Shown: positions 12,410 to 24,075 of the stretch, piece by piece
Layout: each line of letters begins with the position of its first letter
Position numbering within the stretch: the stretch's first letter is position 1
Origin: Octopus vulgaris
Taxonomy: Eukaryota
Assembly: GCA_951406725.2 (NCBI GenBank)
Contig: OX597834.1
Coordinates: forward strand, 23,808,001 to 23,872,000
Direction of reading: 5' to 3'
Length of the DNA stretch: 64,000 nt
Program-made: the position numbers and the translations under genes
The notes under the pieces: model-generated
What the model was told of the DNA's origin: nothing
The model's input: only the letters and a program-made list of their open reading frames with translations
Databases searched by the model: none

Positions 12410-12703
12410 AAGTTGTGATACCAGTGCCGGTGGCTGTTGCCAGTGCCGCCCTGATTGGCCTCCGTGCTGGTGGCATGTAAAAAGCACCAACCGATTGTGG
12501 CCATTGCCAGCCTTGCCTGGCACTGTGCCGGTAGCACGTAAAAAGCACCCACTACACTCACGGAGTAGTTGGCGTTAGGAAGGGCATCCAGCTGTAGAAA
12601 CACTGCCAGATCAGACTGGGCCTGGTGCAGCCTCCTGGCTTCCCAGACCCCAGTCGAACCATGCTAGCATGGAAAGCGGACGTTAAACGATGATGATGAT
12701 GAT
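12410..12703 (+). mobile_element. RTE LINE 3' end
   Basis: GTGCCGGTGGCAC units, TTGGCGTTAGGAAGGGCATCCAGC, CATGCTAGCATGGAAAGCGGACGTTAAAC(GAT)n. Other plus-strand copies at about 28205-28415, 29020-29120, 35245-35537, 39430-39790 and 53000-53265. Confidence 0.85.
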
Positions 12704-13050
12704 ATTTTTATCTATTATTTACTATTGAAGAAGGGAATTAATGATAGGATATTATAATTCATAACACATAGTAAGAAGAATTGCATGAAGAAGGAAAGAG
12801 AAAATATATATTGGGTAGTTTTATCCTATTTATTGTGTTGGAAACTGTAATAATTGTTACTCTGAATGTCAGGTTTCTGATGGCAATGAATGTTGGTTCG
12901 AGGTATACATGCAGCTTTGACTCACATCAACCTTCACTAGGTCCAAAAATTGGAAATATGAAACTCAGAGTAATAATTAGTGGAGCTTCCTGCCTTACAA
13001 ATAAATATATACACACACACACATAAAATATTTGTTTCTTATTATTTCAG

Positions 13051-13111
13051 TGCCTACGAGAATACAACCTCTATCCTAAAAAGCAAATATCAGTTGAAAG
13101 AGATTAGCTAG
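13051..13111 (+). CDS. YRDC: YRDC terminal coding exon
   Basis: attatttcag|(S)AYENTTSILKSKYQLKEIS*. Phase matches exon 4; spliced CDS is 732 nt (243 aa). Confidence 0.88.
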
Positions 13112-13215
13112 CAGTTTATTCTCTTGCTTAAAAGGTTTTAATGAAAAGAAAGGGATCAATTTTATACTGGAGTTAATGAAAATGAAGAGAAAAGTGTAAA
13201 GGTGTTGAGTGTTTT

Positions 13216-13221
13216 AATAAA
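13216..13221 (+). terminator. Probable YRDC polyadenylation signal
   Basis: AATAAA about 105 nt after the stop codon, followed by a T-rich tract. Confidence 0.5.
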
Positions 13222-13362
13222 TTATTTTTATATTTTATACATATTATTTGTTATATTTTTTAAATATTTTATACATAAATACATTTATGTATTTGTTTTG
13301 CAAGATTTCTGATGTGAACTCATGTGTTGAAACAGATATTGTTATATTTCAGGATGTTATTC

Positions 13363-14232
13363 TTCCATTCATGTTTTCTGTTGAGGCTTGGTCTGTCTAC
13401 AACTGTGTGTGTGGCATCTGTAATCTAACTGTCATGTCTGTTGATAATATCTTAACATCTATGTTTTTAACTGAGCTTCTATGTTCTAATTGAGCATGTT
13501 TGTAGACACTGATGAGATTTTCTCCCCCTTGAGCTCCTTCCAGTGTCCCTTATCCACTCCCCTATACTACATACTGTCTCCCAAATGTATGTTGTCTTAT
13601 TTGTGCACTGTCCCTCAGTACACCGAATGCTACAGACTACAGTTCTAATCCTACAGTTAGCCTGGAAATGTAGTCTAGCCAGTTAAGGTGAGACAGTGTC
13701 ACGTGACAATTTGCTGGGGCTGCCTGCTGGAGCCTAGCGGCAGGTATTTAAAGGGAAAAATTTGACAAGTCAGTCAGTCACTGGCTGACACTCGCTGACA
13801 ATACATTGAAGAGGCTAGGGAACAGAAGAAAGAAGACATGCACCCAACACCAGAGCTGAAGACACCTCCGAAAGGTGGGGCCCCATCATGTCAAAACAGT
13901 AGAGGAGTAGGGGCCGAAATCGGACATGGTTCCTCCTGATGATGTCTTGAGCTAACTGAATCCTATAAAGGAGCTGTTGTGGTAGCAGACCATGAAACAC
14001 AGTTGTAATTCCTCCATATGGTATACTGAGGGATGGTACAGAAACATGACAACATACATTGGGGAGACAGTATGTAGCATAGAGGAGTGGATAGGGGGAC
14101 ACTGGGAACTCAAAGAGGAGAAAAGCTCATCGGTGCTCTACTAACTTGCTCAACTAGAACATAGAGGCTTGGTTAAATACATAGATGTTAAGATATCAAC
14201 AGACCGAGCCTCAACGGAAAACATGAATGAAA
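13363..14232. repeat. Diverged inverted repeat (arms about 13363-13629 and 14015-14232) around an LTR-like spacer
   Basis: CATTCATGTTTTC(T/C)GTTGAGGCT...TATCCACTCC...CATACTGTCTCCC...CCCTCAGTA is present in both orientations. The spacer has TATTTAAA and AGTCAGTCAGTC. Confidence 0.8.
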
Positions 14233-14373
14233 CGGTTATACCCTCCACCACACTATGCAACATGACAATTAAAGACAGAATGAGAGAAAGAAAGAAAAAA
14301 GAGACAGATACAAACAGTATAATATATAAACTTATACACACACACTTAAGGTGGAATAAGAAAAAAAGAGAGA

Positions 14374-14683
14374 TCATCATCATCATCATTTAACATCTGC
14401 TTTCCATGCTGGCATGGGTTGGACGGTTCAACTGGGGTCTGGGAAGCCAGAAGGCTGTGCCAGGCCCAGTCTGATCTGGCAGTGTTTCTTCAGCTGGATG
14501 CCCTTCCTAACGCCAACCACTCCGAGAGTGTAGTGGGTGCTTTTTATGTGCCACCTGCACAGGTGCCAGACGAGGCTGGCAAACGGCCACGATCGGATGG
14601 TGTTTTTTACGTGCCACTGGCACGGAGGCCAGTTGGGGCGGCGCTGGCAACGGCCACATTCGGATGGTTCTCTTACGTGCCAC
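14374..14683 (-). mobile_element. RTE LINE 3' end (reverse)
   Basis: (ATC)n then the reverse complement of the same tail. Other minus-strand copies at about 18019-18360, 24335-24658, 55610-55895, 58308-58472 and 62905-63190. Confidence 0.85.
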
Positions 14684-15724
14684 AGAGATATAAGTAAATA
14701 AATGAATAAAAAAACTAGATAAAACATGGGTATACACAGCATAGTAAGCAAACCCATATACACATAGACGCAACACATACTAAACACTAGACACTCGTGT
14801 GCGCAGACACAGATACAGACAAAACCTCCTGTGGAATTGGAGACATGTTGAAGGGGTCACAGCATGTGTGACAAAATATTTCAGACAAAGGACAATAAGA
14901 TAAAAATAATAACAAAGCTGAACTGAATGAGTATATAGTGTGTGTGGCTAAAAAAAAATAAGTGATCATCCCCAAAATATGACAATATCTGTTTCAGCAT
15001 ACAATTTCACATCAGGAATCTTGCAAAACAAATACATAAACATAACAATGTGAGCCTCAGCCAGGCTAGCTAGGTGTTGAAAAACACTACTTTGTTATCT
15101 AAGAAATTCTCATCATGACACAACTTCACTTAATAGATCTATATGTCTCCTCTAGAATTTACACTAACACAGTCACTGCCAGCATGGGAAAGCTGCAACT
15201 CACAAGAGGACAGGCTGAAAGACTGAAAAGAATGCTATTGATAAACACAAAGAAATAAAATCTATAGAGACTTAAGCCAACAAGAAAAACATAAATGCAA
15301 ATTACTGCAGGAAGTAAAATACATCACCACACCAGCAGAGAGAATAGCATTTATGGACATCATACATCAAGAAAGCATTTACATCAGACAATAAACACAT
15401 ATAGGAATATATGCACACTTATGCAAATATATATATGCACATTTACACATACATATATACATATTCATTATTCATTTTTGCAACAACAAACAAACGGTAA
15501 CACAACACTGTATTTCCAGGAAATTGATTGTATGCATGAGAATTTGAAAAAGAAGCAACCTAGATTAATTTTTTTTTAAAGATGGAATATATGATGTAGA
15601 TAAAACATTGGGTAAACATCATAAATGAACATGGATCATACTTTGATTAAATAAATCAGTTCTCTAACACTTCTGAAATATTTTATTGTTACTGTTCAAA
15701 TACAACATTTCATGTGAAAAAACC

Positions 15725-15763
<39 letters not shown>

Positions 15764-16138
15764 AGTGCAGATGTGATTGTGTGGTAAGAAACTTCCTTCC
15801 TAACCACATGGTTCTGGGTTCAGTTTCATTGCATGACACCTTGGGCAAGTGTTTTTTATTATAGCCTCTGGCCAACGAGAGCCTTGTGAGTGGATTTGGT
15901 AGGTGGAAACCGAAGAAAGCCTGTTGTATGTGTCTATGTTTCTTTCAAACACTGCTTGACAAATAGTGTTGGTGTGTTTACATCCCCATAACGTAGTGGT
16001 TCAGCAAAAGAGTGAAAAGGAATAGGTACAAGGCTTAAGATAAATTTCTGGTATTGATTAATTTGACTAAAGATAAAAAAATTCTCAAAGGCGGTGCTCC
16101 AGCATAGCCACAGTCTAATGGCTGAAACAAGTAAAAGG
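15764..16138 (+). mobile_element. SINE family A, diverged copy
   Basis: Colinear with 400-780. Confidence 0.8.
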
Positions 16139-16539
16139 TATATATATTACATGGAAAAATGCAAGCAAGAGAAATAATATTCTTAAGATTAAAAATCTGG
16201 AAAAGCACTAGTGCACTAAATTAGTTGCTGACACTTACTAACAGCATTTTGTATATGACTTGATGGCTCTCACAAGCCATTTGTCCACCCCAAATCACAG
16301 AATGAACAACCCTGTTGAAGGCTTTCTTCAGACTGACAAATGCCAAGTATATTGGTTTACTTTTAGCTCAATACTTCTGCAGTTGTTTTACTAGAAAGAG
16401 GAAATAGTAAATTTCACTATTGGTAATATGAATACATTTTAGATCACATTTTATTCACACATTAAGATAAAAATGATGGCAAGTACATAAAAATAAAGTT
16501 AGGAAAAAAGTTTAATATATTTGAAGAAAATTCTTTTAT

Positions 16540-17545
16540 GACAAATTGCATGCAATATTTCTTAAAAATTGCAGAGTGTTTTCAGATTGATAATTCTCAG
16601 CTAGTTTCTTTAGTTGAGCATCATTCATTTGACAGGACATTTTTTTTATTGTCGAGTCCCCATGTCAAATGTGTGCAATTTTCATCTGGCTTAAGCCTTC
16701 TTCAGTCTTAAGCGCATTTCAAAGTTTCCACAAATTTGGATGTGTGGATGTTATCAATGACCGCAAAGCATTGTGGAACTCTTCTGCTGAATTATTTGAT
16801 CTTAGCAAGTCATTTAAAACGCAGTCGCATATATTCCAGAGTTGTACAGGAAACTGTGGGGGTTTCTCTTCGCTGACGAAGACTGTCCCCTTACAGTCCC
16901 AATGTATGAATAAACTGAGAAGAGATAATTTCATCATCAGACAAATCTTCAAATCCATTTCACAGAGCAATCCCTCTCTTTACACAGTATGGATGGTGGG
17001 AATTAAAGTTGCGGTATCGTCTAGTGATGGTTGACTTGCAGTATACAGATGTCCCGACTCCATACTTGGTGCATGTTATGAATTATGGAGAGTTTTTTCA
17101 AAGTCCATAAAACAGGTCACAAGTCAACAATTTGCCCTTTAATCCTGCACAGCAAACAGAACACGATGATATGAGGCTTCTTTTTTCGTCAGGAAGGCAA
17201 ATAACCTGTGCACACATGACCCTCCAATGATGATATGTAGCGTGAAAAGCTATCACCACAAACTAGGAGACACCTTAAAAGTCCCACCACAGGCCCAGTT
17301 TTAGAGCTTTCTTGATCATCCAAGCCTTTTTCTGAGGAAAAAACTAAAATTCTGTTTGGGTCATCAATGCCACTGTCAAAGACCAAAAACAAGGACCCAT
17401 TTTCTAAGTACTTAATTGCATCAGGAATTTCCAACTTGTCGTTTGGAAGTGCTGGGATTCCTAAAGCGTGCTGCCTCCAGTTACATATGTTACGTGAAAG
17501 TCCAGGAATAGTTTGCAACAATGATTGTGCCTTATTTAGATTATT
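16540..17545 (-). mobile_element. Degenerate MULE (Mutator-like) transposase
   Basis: FLVFDSGIDDPNRILVFSS, GTFKVSP, and WNICDCVLNDLLRSNNSAEEFHNALRS...HPNLWKL (R.NN..E..H..HP.W motif); frameshifted. Confidence 0.82.
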
Positions 17546-17584
17546 TACATTTGATGGATATTTGTCCTCATCTTATTTGTTGTT

Positions 17585-17630
17585 AACACAACGTTTCGGC
17601 TAATATACCCTCCAGCCTTCATCAGGTGCC
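17585..17630 (-). ncRNA. Minimal hammerhead ribozyme-like motif
   Basis: ggcac CTGATGA a ggctgg-agggtata-ttagcc GAA ACGT T gtgtt: stem I with GU pairs, stem II, palindromic stem III. Confidence 0.65.
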
Positions 17631-17699
17631 ATGGGGGAATTTTGAACATTGGTTCTCATTCCTAAGGTATTTTTTCGATGTTGTTGTTGTTATTGTTGA

Positions 17700-17996
17700 G
17701 GTTTTAGGGTTAGGGTTGTCATAAATAACAGTGACAAACGAAATATACTCCGCTGGAAGTTCTTGTTGATAAACAACAGCAGTAATTTTATTCAGCTGAA
17801 TACATGTCATTGATTGGTTGAAATTACCGAAATACTACAACTTTAACGTGAAATAACTTCCTAAATATAAGCTTTTCTCAAAAATGCTAAGAGTAAAAGA
17901 TGTTTTATATGACACATTCTACCAGTGTCCGAAGTTTGAAAGTGTTTAGTTACAAAAAATTATTTTAAAAATCTGTTGGTCAAAAGATAAAGATCC
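17700..17996. mobile_element. Right half of a GGATC-ended MITE
   Basis: TTAGGGTTAGGG...acacattctaccagt...AAAGATCC, homologous to the 3' part of 20293-20760. Confidence 0.7.
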
Positions 17997-19168
17997 ATAT
18001 ATTGTATACATACATACATCATCATTGTTTAACATCTGCCTTCCATACTAGCATGGGTTGGACGGTTTGACTGAGGGCTGGCGAACCAGATGGCTGCTCC
18101 AGGCTCCAGTCTTGATCTGGCAGATTTTCTACAGCTGGATGTCCTTCCTAATGCCAACCACTCCGAGAGTGTAGTGGGTGCTTTTACGTGCCACCGGGAC
18201 GGGGGCCAGTCAGGCGGTACTGGCAACGACCTTGCTCGAATCTTTTTACACATGCCACCGGCACAGGTACCAGTAAGGCGATGGTGGTAACAATCCTGCT
18301 AGAATGATGCCGTTTACATGCCACTGGCACAGAAGCCAGTTAGCCGCTGGTAATGATCACACAAACATATATATACACACACACATATATATATATATAT
18401 ACACACACATACATATATATATATGTATATACATGTGTACATATATATATACACACATATATACATACACACACACATATACAGTTATGAGGGAAAAACT
18501 TGGATCTTGTGAATTTTCCGAAGTCCTCTCCCCACCTTCCTATTGCTTTGCCCGCATTTTTTTCCATATTCGTTTCCTACACATTGTTTTACACCCATTC
18601 CAGTAATTTTTTTTGGGGGGGGGGGATTTTCATTTCCGGGTCAAGATGTAAACATTAACCGAAAAAACTGCCAGTACGCCATATCAGATAGTTTGAGAAG
18701 CACTATAAGAAAAAGAAGCCGTGTGTATAAGAAAGAATATTTTCTCTCAGAAAAGTATGATATAGCATCAGCACTTAAGGTACATTTGACTGCTGGTACA
18801 TAACCCTTCTCGTTTCTTTATCTTCACTGTTGCATGTCTACATTCAAGAAATGGATTACGCACTGAGTAGAGATTCTTATTTCTATAACATCACTCTCTA
18901 TTAGTATAATTTTTTGGTTAACCTTACGATAAAACACACTATTTCTGAGATATTTTGGGTCCAAAACAAACATCCCTAGAATTTTAGTATTATTAAGCTA
19001 TATAGTCACAGCCGTTTAATATAATCGAGCATAATGTTATTAAACAGTTATTGTTATATCAAATCTTGTGCTCAAGATATATCTTCTGCTTAACGTTATC
19101 AGTCATTTATTGTTATTTAAAGAACTCTTATACCCCCAACCCGCTAACTGGTCCCATTAATCCGCTTC

Positions 19169-19495
19169 GGATCTTTTCACTTTGACCGGCAGATTTTAAA
19201 AATAATTTGTTTATGACCAAACACTTTTAAACTTCGTATACTGGTAGAATGTGTTACATAAAACATCTGGCGATGCTTCGGTATATGTACACATGTGACT
19301 TTGTTTACATTTCTGAAGATAACAGAAATCCTTTTCTCCCACCTCTAACCCTAACCCCACATATATATAAAAGAAAACAACACTTTTTTAAAATGTATCC
19401 GGCATTTACACCGGTACATATACCGAAGGTTCGCCAAACATCTTTTTCTCTTGGTTTTCTTGAGAAAATTCTGTAGTTTGTAAGCGAAAAGATCC
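19169..19495. mobile_element. GGATC-ended MITE with 8-bp TSD, hosting a nested MITE
   Basis: Flanks tccgcttc / tcggcttc (7 of 8 match); ends GGATCTTTTC / GAAAAGATCC. Confidence 0.8.
19269..19435. mobile_element. Nested GGCGA-ended MITE (Merlin-like by inference)
   Basis: TIRs GGCGATGCTTCGGTATATGTAC / GTACATATACCGAAGGTTCGCC with a perfect 8-bp TSD AAACATCT on both sides. Confidence 0.85.
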
Positions 19496-19519
19496 TCGGC
19501 TTCTACTTTATTGAAGAGA

Positions 19520-19557
19520 AAACACCGGAAGTAAGCCACCAAGGACACCTGACTCAG
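19520..19557 (+). promoter_or_regulatory. Putative HINT2 core promoter and non-coding first exon
   Basis: ETS-type CCGGAAGT at 19525-19532, then a donor-like cag|gtgaaa at 19557/19558. An acceptor (tttttcag at 22498) just upstream of the HINT2 ATG implies an upstream non-coding exon. Confidence 0.4.
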
Positions 19558-20292
19558 GTGAAACTTTTGATTTTTCTCTAATATTTATTAAGCTAAATAA
19601 TTAAATATGTATTACTTTTATTTCTTTAGTTTTGTTATTATATTTTGACATCGTCACTTTTACGTGTTTTTATACTGAAATATCCTCATAAACTGTTCCA
19701 TCTCTTCTGTTTATCACGTTCTTCACCTTTAATTCTGGTATTATAATCCCTTTTATAAACTTCCAGTCACTCTCTGTCAATATTTCAATCTCTTTAGTTG
19801 ATTTCATGGATTATCTCGTTAAATATAAAAATATTGTCGACAAACATTAAAACCTACAAAACCACCACAGACAGAAGACAACTTCTCAACAAGACCAACC
19901 TCACTGTGAATGGTTAAACTCTGTAGGTTAGTCTCTTTATTTTGAGATTTCTCCTTTTGAAAACTTATTTCTCAGTCAATTCGTTCCAAGACAGATTGAA
20001 CCATAGCCACCCCGTCTAATCGTAAACAACAAATGTATCACAATACAATGTCTTTTATATTTGTCCTCATCCAGAATATGCGACAAGGCTTTGAATGTAC
20101 TTTATACACACACACATATACAAACACACATCGTTTGGTACTACTAGCGAATAGTGGTCCAGGTACGCGCACTCGCGCTAGCTAGTCGTAAATAGTCGAT
20201 CCTACAACGACTTTTAAACCCTAAACCTAATTTTTTAACCCTAACTTTAGTTTGTTTATAATCCTAACTTTAGTTTGTTTATAAAACTAATT

Positions 20293-20760
20293 GGATCTTT
20301 TCGGTTTGAACGGCAGTTTTTTCTAGCGGTGTCATATGGAATTGTCACTCATAATTATGACCCTAGTATCGATCTATTGCTTTTCAATGTTTTAGGGTTA
20401 CAGTTAGGGTTTGTTAGGGGTAGGGTGGGGGAAGGGTATCTTTAGGCTGGGTTAGGGTTAGGGGTGGGAGGAAGGTCATCTTTTTTCTTCAGAAATGTAA
20501 ATAAACCCAATCTGTTTCTTAAACGAGGGACATATTCATACGGCACAGAATGTTTTCACCTCAATAGACGTCATTGATTAGTTGAAATTGCAGAAATTGA
20601 AGGAAAAAAACAACAAATATCTTACAAACCATAGAATTTTCTCAATAAAGCCAAGAGAAAAAGATATTTTATAAACACATTCTACCAGTATACGAAGTTT
20701 AAAAGTGTTTAGTTACGTGGAAATTATTTTAAGAAACTGCCGGTCAAACCGAAAAGATCC
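20293..20760. mobile_element. GGATC-ended MITE with an internal TTAGGG-rich tract
   Basis: TIRs GGATCTTTTCGGTTTGAACGGCAG / CTGCCGGTCAAACCGAAAAGATCC; G-rich tract at about 20390-20470. Confidence 0.85.
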
Positions 20761-21107
20761 TTAATTTGTGTAAAAAAAAAAAAAAATAAAATAACCAACC
20801 TAGCGGGTGTTAACAAGTATGTGGAAAACGAATATGAAGGAAAAAAATGCGCGTTGACAACCCTGGAGGGTAAGGAGTGGACTTTCGGAAAATTCACAAG
20901 ATCATATTTTTCCGTCATAAATGTTTCGTTCTGTTCCGAAATCACATTTAACTTTTTACAGATACCCTAGAGTAATACACTACGTAGTGTTTATTTCTAC
21001 CCACTTTCAATAATTTTTAATGTTTTGGTTTCAATTTTATTTCATTTTCAATTATTTTTACGCTTTTTTAACCCTTCGTCATTATTGTCATTCACTCGTT
21101 ATTACTT

Positions 21108-21139
<32 letters not shown>

Positions 21140-21798
21140 AATTAGGATAAAATCTTAATAAGAAATCTTAATAAAGTCCCTCCTAGCATGTGGCATTTAT
21201 GTGTAATAATGCCCTCTATGTAATATAAATATATATATATAAATACAGTGTACATTTAAACACAATATATATATTATATACACATAATATATATTGTATA
21301 CATACATATATACATATAGATACACATAATTATACACACACACATACACATACATACAGTTATGAGGGAAAAACTAGGATTTTGTGAATTTTCCGAAGTC
21401 CTCTCCCCACCCTTTGGAAAAGATTTTCCCCACAAATTACTTTATAATCGTAATGTAAGCCGTTTGAAAGAAAAGGTGTCATGCACTGAGTGTGGCAGAT
21501 ACCCTCTGAGCAAAGGAAACCTGAGACAGACATGAGAAGAATTATCAGGGGAATATTTAAGAAAGTTGGATTTCACTATGTATGTGTCCATGTAAGGATA
21601 GAAAACAGGTGTTGAAATGATGATGAGGTGGAGTTCTAAAGGAAATGGCCTACAGATGTTGACTTGTTGGAATTTCTTCTACATGGTTGATTTTGGAGTG
21701 TGAGGGGAGCATGGATCCTAATTCAAAACCTTAGGTATGAATTATAACCTTCAAAAGGAATGGTCTATATGATATTCCTCAGAGACTGTCAGAAATCC

Positions 21799-22392
21799 TC
21801 ATCATCATCATTTAGTGTCCGCTTTCCATGCTAGCATGGGTTGGACGGACCAACTGGGGTCTGGGAAGCCAAGAGGCTGCGCCAGGTCCAGTCTGATCTG
21901 GCAATGTTTCTACTGCTGGATGCCCTTCCTAACGCCAACCACTCCGTGTTTTTTACGTGCCACCGGCACGGGGGCCAGGTGAGGCTGGCAACGGCCACGA
22001 TCGGATGGTGCTTCTGGCAAACGGCTACGGTCGGATGGTGCTCTTTACGTGCCACCGGCACGGGGCCAGGCGAGGCTCGCTACGGCCACGATTGGATGGT
22101 GTTTTTTACGTGCCACCGACACGGAGGCCCGTCGGGGGCGGCGCTGGCAACGGCCACGTTCGGATGGTTCGCTTACGTGCCACCGGCACTGGTATCACAG
22201 CTACAATTTCCATTGATGTTGATCGATTTCAATTCTGATTCTCACTTGCCTCAACAGGTCTTTACAAATAGAGTTTTGTGTCCCAAGAAGGAAAGGTATG
22301 CATAAGTGGACTGGCTACATCCCAGGTAGAGGCCATGGTTTATGGTCTCACTCGTCCTGCCGGGTCTTCTCACGCACAGCATACTTCCATAG
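21799..22392 (-). mobile_element. RTE LINE 3' end reaching the ORF stop, with expanded internal tandem units
   Basis: Matches the reverse of about 8835-9175; at least 5 GTGCC..GGCAC units. Confidence 0.85.
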
Positions 22393-22511
22393 GTCTCCTT
22401 CTATATCCCCTAGCCAACCTTTTCTCCCTTGACCGCATACCTCATGATGGTAATTCCCTTATTACTCATGTATTGATTATATATTCATTATTTTTCAGGT
22501 AAACCATTAGG

Positions 22512-22616
22512 ATGTTGTGGACCAGGCTCTGCCTTAGCAGTGTGGTTGCTAGAAGTTACATTTTCAAATATTCTATTACCTCTGCCATATCTTCTCTTAC
22601 GTTTTTCACTGCTCAG
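22512..22616 (+). CDS. HINT2: HINT2-like histidine triad nucleotide-binding protein, coding exon 1 (presequence)
   Basis: MLWTRLCLSSVVARSYIFKYSITSAISSLTFFTAQ|gtaaat. No acidic residues, R/S-rich; the phase-0 donor matches exon 2. Confidence 0.75.
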
Positions 22617-22745
22617 GTAAATTCTAATTTCTCCACTCTTTATTTTGCTGTCTGATTGTTTCTCTCTCTCTCACGGAGAGAGAGAGAATAGTTTTCCATT
22701 ATGACACCAGTGTCTAGTTTCACCACAAGTTTCCCAGTCTGTTGG

Positions 22746-23161
22746 TTACTCTCTTTTACTTGTTTCAGTCATTTGACTGTGGCCATGCTGGAGCACCGCC
22801 TTTAATCGAGCAACTCGACCCCGGGACTTATTCGTTGTAAGCCCAGTACTTATTCTATCGGCCTCTTTTGCCGAACCGCTAAGTGATGGGGACATAAACA
22901 CACCAGCATCGGTTGTCAAGCAATGTTGTGGTGACAAACACAGACATACAAACATACACGCACACACACACACACACATATATATATATACATATATACG
23001 ACGGGCTTCTTTCAGTTTTCGTCTACCAAATCCACTCACAAGGCTTTGGTCGGCCCGAGGCTATAGTAGAAGACACTTGCCCAAAGTGCCACGCAGTGGG
23101 ACTGAACCCAGAACCATGTGGCTGATTAGCAAGCTACTTACCACACAGCCACTCCTGCGCC
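22746..23161 (-). mobile_element. SINE family A, full length (HINT2 intron)
   Basis: Reverse complement of the 400-780 family. Confidence 0.87.
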
Positions 23162-23269
23162 TATATTAGTGTATAATTTGCAATGTCAAATAAAATAATA
23201 AAATAGCTGCCATTGAAATCTTCAGTAATCCAGTAATGGAATGTGTTTGTTTTGCTTCTTGCTCTTCAG

Positions 23270-23410
23270 GCATATTCTACAGCTGCTCCAACAGATGAAG
23301 TAAACAAGGCACAACATGCTGTTAAAACATATAAGAATCAAGGACCAACAATATTCTCCAAGATTATTGATAAATCAATCCCAGCTAAAATTCTTTATGA
23401 AGACGATAAG
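23270..23410 (+). CDS. HINT2: HINT2 coding exon 2
   Basis: ctcttcag|AYSTAAPTDEVNKAQHAVKTYKNQGPTIFSKIIDKSIPAKILYEDDK|gtaagt. DEV.KAQ and TIFSKII are HINT motifs. Confidence 0.95.
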
Positions 23411-23500
23411 GTAAGTATATCTGTGTGTGTGTTTGTTTATTACAAGGAACAGGTTAAATTTTTTTTATTTGTTTAACTGCTTTTGTATAAATTATGTATA

Positions 23501-24075
23501 TGCGAGGTCTGATCAATAAGTATCCGGACCGTTGCCATAGTAACGAAGCCAGAGCATGCAGAGTGAAACTGCTTGGTACAGATTGACCTTGGACTCTACT
23601 GTGCATGTGCACTAAGTTTTAATGTTCTAGCTCTCTTCCGCTGTTTACAGCAGTGCTTGGAAGGAAGGTGTGTAGCATGTGATTGTCGCAGTGACTATGA
23701 CAGAGGCCTATGCAAAGTTGCAGAAAGAGTATGGAGAGGAGTGTATTGGCTGCACACAAGTGCATGAGTGGTTTAGAAGTTTCCAAAATAGCTGAAAAAA
23801 TCTCGATAGTGATGAACGTTCTGGGAGGCCAACAACCAACAGAACTGAGAAAAGCATTGCAGATGTCCATGTAGCTGTGAGGGGAAATCGTCGAACAACC
23901 ATCTATGAGTTATCAGAGGATGTGCAGATTAGTTAGGGTCTAGTTCAGTCCATTAGTACGGAAGATTTGGATATGAGATGCATGTCCGCCAAGTTTGTGC
24001 CAAAACTGCTTTCAGCTGACCAAAAGGACACTCGGGTTTCAGTTGCACAAGCTCTTGATTGTGTTGAGAATGATG
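23501..24075 (+). mobile_element. Mariner 5' fragment
   Basis: TIR-like gcgaggtctgatcaataagtatccggac, then decayed EWFRSF, ERSGRP and SAKFVPKLL motifs. Confidence 0.75.

Noticed and set aside
13936-14015. Hammerhead motif CTGATGA...GAAACACAGTTGTA in the inverted-repeat spacer
   Set aside because: Stems II and III are plausible, but the flanks (ggttcctc / attcctcc) cannot form stem I.
16540-17996. GGATC TIR as the terminus of the adjacent MULE transposase
   Set aside because: No matching left TIR was found and an unrelated hammerhead-bearing repeat lies between them, so the adjacency is probably chance.
20210-20470. Interstitial telomere or chromosome fusion site
   Set aside because: The TTAGGG/CCCTAA runs are short, degenerate and lie within or beside MITEs.
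21950-22195. CRISPR-like repeat-spacer array
   Set aside because: The spacers are related to each other, the array is part of a LINE 3' UTR, the context is eukaryotic and there are no cas genes.
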